From: Spirochaetia bacterium
GTDB taxonomy: Bacteria; Spirochaetota; Spirochaetia; SP-2023
Length of the DNA: 64,000 nt
Assembly (NCBI GenBank): GCA_965263295.1
Contig: OZ253665.1
Span: 1,696,001-1,760,000, forward strand
Direction: 5' to 3'
Under the pieces are notes generated by a model, which worked only from the letters and a program-made list of their open reading frames with translations, was not told the DNA's origin and did not search any database. A program made the translations under genes and the position numbers. Of the stretch, positions 60,950 to 64,000 are shown piece by piece (position 1 is the first letter of the stretch; each line of letters begins with the position of its first letter).

Positions 60950-62581
60950 ATGGCGGAAAAATTTATCTTTGTAACGGGCGGCGTGTGTTCCAGTCTAGGT
61001 AAGGGTATTGCCGCCGCATCTCTGGGGACCTTGCTTGAGGCCCACGGCTACAAAGTTTCAATGATTAAAATTGACCCATATATTAATGTCGATGCAGGTA
61101 CTATGAGTCCATTTCAACATGGTGAAGTTTTTGTAACGGATGACGGTGCCGAAACGGATTTAGACCTGGGGAATTACTCGCGCTTTACCAATACTAAACT
61201 GAGTGGCCACAACTCCATCACGACAGGGCAGATTTATCAGGCCGTGATTCAAAAAGAGCGCAAGGGTGAATATCTGGGAAAATGTGTGCAGGTCATCCCT
61301 CATATTACGGACGAAATTCGCCAGCGCATCTACTTGGCCAGCGCCGAGGCGACCATTGCGATTGTCGAGGTGGGAGGCACGGTCGGCGATATTGAGTCCA
61401 TACCATTTTTGGAAGGTTGCCGTCAGATCATCTTGCAGAAGGGGCATGCCAACGCCATGACAATTCACTTAACCTTAGTGCCCGAAGTTGGTGGAGAGTT
61501 GAAGACCAAACTTACCCAACATGCCGTCAAGGAAAGCCTGGCTATCGGTTTGCAGCCAGACATCTTGCTTTGCCGTTGTCCAGAGCCTCTGAACACTAGT
61601 ACAAAACGCAAAATTGCCCATTTCACGAACATCCATGAGAGTGCCGTAATCTCGGCACACAATGAACCGAGCCATATCTATCGTATTCCTCTAAATTATC
61701 GCGCAGAAAAGCTGGATCAGTTGGTTATTCGGCACCTGGAGCTGGAAGCTACGCCGTTGGACCTGAGTGCTTGGGAGCAATTGGATCGCAATTATCAGGA
61801 GGCGACTCAGACCTTGGATATTGCCGTAGTGGGCAAGTATATCAATCTTCCCGACACTTACAAGTCGATAGATGAAGCTTTGGTTCACGCCGGTCTGAGC
61901 GAAAAGCTGCGCGTTAATATATGCAAAATTGATGCCGAACAGCTGGAAAGAGGCGACATCAATTTAAGCCAGACTTTTTCTTGCGTTGCGGGTATTTTAG
62001 TGCCCGGCGGTTTTGGCAACCGCGGGATTGAGGGAATGATCCAGGCGGTTCAATATGCCCGCGAGAATTTAGTGCCGTTTTTGGGTATCTGTCTTGGAAT
62101 GCAAGTTATGGTCATCGAATTTGCCCGCCATGTGCTGGGTTTGAGTGGCGCCAATAGTACCGAGTTTGTCGAAAATTGCGCGGACCCGGTTGTCAGCTTG
62201 CTTGAAGAGCAGGGACGTGTCGATATTATGGGAGGGTCAATGCGCTTGGGGCTTTCGGCTATGGAACTAAAGCCGGGAGGCAAGTTGGCCCAAGCTTATG
62301 CCGCCTATGGTTTGTCGGAGGTGCAAGAAGTTCATCGCCACCGCTACGAGGTCAATAATAATTACCTGGAACAGTTAGAAGCGGCAGGATTGATGATCAG
62401 CGCAAGCTATTCATCCCAGAACCTGGTTGAAGGCTGTGAGTGGCAGGAACATCCCTTTGGTCTGGGCACCCAGGCCCATCCCGAATTCCATTCCCAGCCG
62501 GTGGGAGCTCACCCGCTGTTTCATGCTTTTATTAAGGCCTGTTACCAAAACGCAGACAAAATTAGGCTCAAGATCCATTGA
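60950..62581 (+). CDS. pyrG: CTP synthase
   Basis: KFIFVTGGV.SSLGKG, DPYINVD.GTMSP, GICLGMQ, HRHRYE, HPEF. Confidence 0.97.
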   Translation: MAEKFIFVTGGVCSSLGKGIAAASLGTLLEAHGYKVSMIKIDPYINVDAGTMSPFQHGEVFVTDDGAETDLDLGNYSRFTNTKLSGHNSITTGQIYQAVIQKERKGEYLGKCVQVIPHITDEIRQRIYLASAEATIAIVEVGGTVGDIESIPFLEGCRQIILQKGHANAMTIHLTLVPEVGGELKTKLTQHAVKESLAIGLQPDILLCRCPEPLNTSTKRKIAHFTNIHESAVISAHNEPSHIYRIPLNYRAEKLDQLVIRHLELEATPLDLSAWEQLDRNYQEATQTLDIAVVGKYINLPDTYKSIDEALVHAGLSEKLRVNICKIDAEQLERGDINLSQTFSCVAGILVPGGFGNRGIEGMIQAVQYARENLVPFLGICLGMQVMVIEFARHVLGLSGANSTEFVENCADPVVSLLEEQGRVDIMGGSMRLGLSAMELKPGGKLAQAYAAYGLSEVQEVHRHRYEVNNNYLEQLEAAGLMISASYSSQNLVEGCEWQEHPFGLGTQAHPEFHSQPVGAHPLFHAFIKACYQNADKIRLKIH

Positions 62582-63238
62582 CTTCAGGAGAGCAAAATGA
62601 AATACCTCTAGAGGTGTCGCGTCTTAAACCCCATTTCCCAAAGTCCAAACGGGGGCGTCTCATGGTCGATGACAAAAGTATCCTGAGCGCGGTATTATCT
62701 TCATTATTCCCAATGGTTTCGCACTGCTGCGGTGCACCTGCCTTAATACGGCCTCGATCAAACACTTTACAACCGTTTTGTGCCCGTTTTGTGCCCTGGT
62801 CAAAAAACGGTGTTTTCAAGTAGATATTTAAGAACTGGTCAAGCCAAGCGCTGCACAGACGACATGCTGATGATTGATGCCTCTCGTCTCAAGGCACTCC
62901 GCACGGCATCTAGCCTTAAAAAAGGGGGGCGAGCCAGACTTTGATTGGGCGTACCATTCAACCAATATCTCTAAAGGGAGGTATGAATAGCAAATTGCAT
63001 GTTCTGAGCGATGGTGCAGGGCGCCCGCTCTGGCTGCATCTAACAGAAAGGCAGAGAAGTGATTTCCAAGGTGCGGATGTTTTGCTTTCTGAATTGTAAA
63101 ACGAGTTATAAAGTCGAAAATATTTTTGCTAAACTGGACATGGCGCATTGCGATACGATATGAACGTTGCGCGTACACTTTTGAATCAGCTAATTTACAT
63201 TGCGATAATCGTCTTGTTCTGGATATGAGTCCTGAGCC
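62565..63238 (+). mobile_element. Decayed IS5-family (IS427-like) insertion sequence
   Basis: IRs GGCTCAAGATCCAT and (reverse complement) GGCTCAGGACTCAT, flanked by TA on both sides; fragments PHFPKS..GR..VDD, WSKNGVF, MIDAS.LKA.RTASSLKKGG with A-run/G-run frameshift motif, NSKLH, R..VEN.F.KL, RIA.RYERCA; several stops. Confidence 0.82.
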
Positions 63239-63554
63239 TAGTAAGCTTGCCGGAAAATTGACCAAAAGATGCTGACGGCCTGAAAGAGACAGGTAAATCA
63301 AACTGAACCCATCTTATATAACCGACCGTGTCGCTACAATTTCATCAAAATCGTCAAGCCGCTCAGGGTTTTCCAATATGCCGAGCGGAACAACAATACC
63401 TCATATCGCCATATCTTGTGGTCTCTGGCAGACACTGACCGTCGTGCGACAATGACCGAACCAAAACTGGAATTCTAATTGTCTTTCAAGAAAGTATTAT
63501 TTCTTTGAGCACTGCCAATACCGCTCACAAAACCACCTTTGCCCAGAATTAATT

Positions 63555-64000
63555 CTATTTTTCTTTCAGCAGATCGCCTAAAGTGAATCCAGTGTGATCG
63601 TCGTCATTTTTGACCAAATATTGACTGATGCTCTGCTGCTCTTCACTCCGCTCCAGAGCCTTGATGGATAATCCTAAGCGACGTTTCTTTTCATCAATCT
63701 CAACTATCAAGGCACGGATTCTGTCCCCGTCCTTGTAATTTTTCAACAACTCTTCACGGTCTATTGAACGGTCGTTACTCAAGTCATTCTTATGGATCAA
63801 ACCCTCAATGCCACCAGTCACGGAAACAAAGATACCAAAGTCAGTTTTATTTACCACTGTGCCCTCAATCACTGTTCCTTTTTTGAACTTCTTCAATTCC
63901 TGCCATGGATTACTCTCAAGCTGTTTTACTCCCAAGCGAATTCGGCGTTCTTCGGGATCGACACTCAAGACCTGGACTTCCAGCTCTTCACCCACCTTGG
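63555..64000 (-). CDS. rpsA: 30S ribosomal protein S1, 3' part (5' end outside the window)
   Basis: RRIRLGVKQL..NPW, G.V....DFGIFV....IEGLIH, LGLSIKA, TLGDLL C-terminus. Confidence 0.9.
   Translation of the reverse strand, partial: KVGEELEVQVLSVDPEERRIRLGVKQLESNPWQELKKFKKGTVIEGTVVNKTDFGIFVSVTGGIEGLIHKNDLSNDRSIDREELLKNYKDGDRIRALIVEIDEKKRRLGLSIKALERSEEQQSISQYLVKNDDDHTGFTLGDLLKEK

Noticed and set aside
62828..63301. 157-aa minus-strand ORF
   Set aside because: Antisense to the decayed IS5 transposase

Overview
Bacterial chromosomal window, probably from a spirochaete. This is inferred from the LILYSC-type lipobox, tRNA-Arg(UCG), the JAB-DinG fusion and tRNA-Leu lying upstream of tig. Core genes include aspartate kinase, an MCP, dinG, grpE-dnaK-dnaJ, recA, lspA, ppaC, asnS, tal, trmA, four tRNAs, tig, aroB, pyrG and the 3' end of rpsA. 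Accessory blocks are a TPP-riboswitch-controlled thiamine salvage operon (thiM-thiE-tenA-thiD), a ~1.2 kb non-coding array of palindromic composite repeats, a surface-glycan locus (GT42/Cst-II-like sialyltransferase, GT2, three tandem mosaic GNAT/Fem-like paralogs), a BCCT transporter, an orphan hydF, a thuA/Gfo-Idh-MocA sugar cluster and a polyol ABC/dehydrogenase/kinase cluster. Two mobile elements could be delimited exactly from the sequence. One is a 1797 bp IS1595-family element (terminal IRs plus 8 bp TTAATCTT target duplication) that has lost most of its transposase and carries a methyltransferase plus a frameshifted PD-(D/E)xK nuclease. The other is a decayed IS5-family element inserted in the last codons of pyrG that now supplies its stop codon. 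Short tandem duplications recur throughout and account for several frameshifts and in-frame inserts. No CRISPR array or rRNA was seen. All calls are by eye from motifs; no database searches were run.
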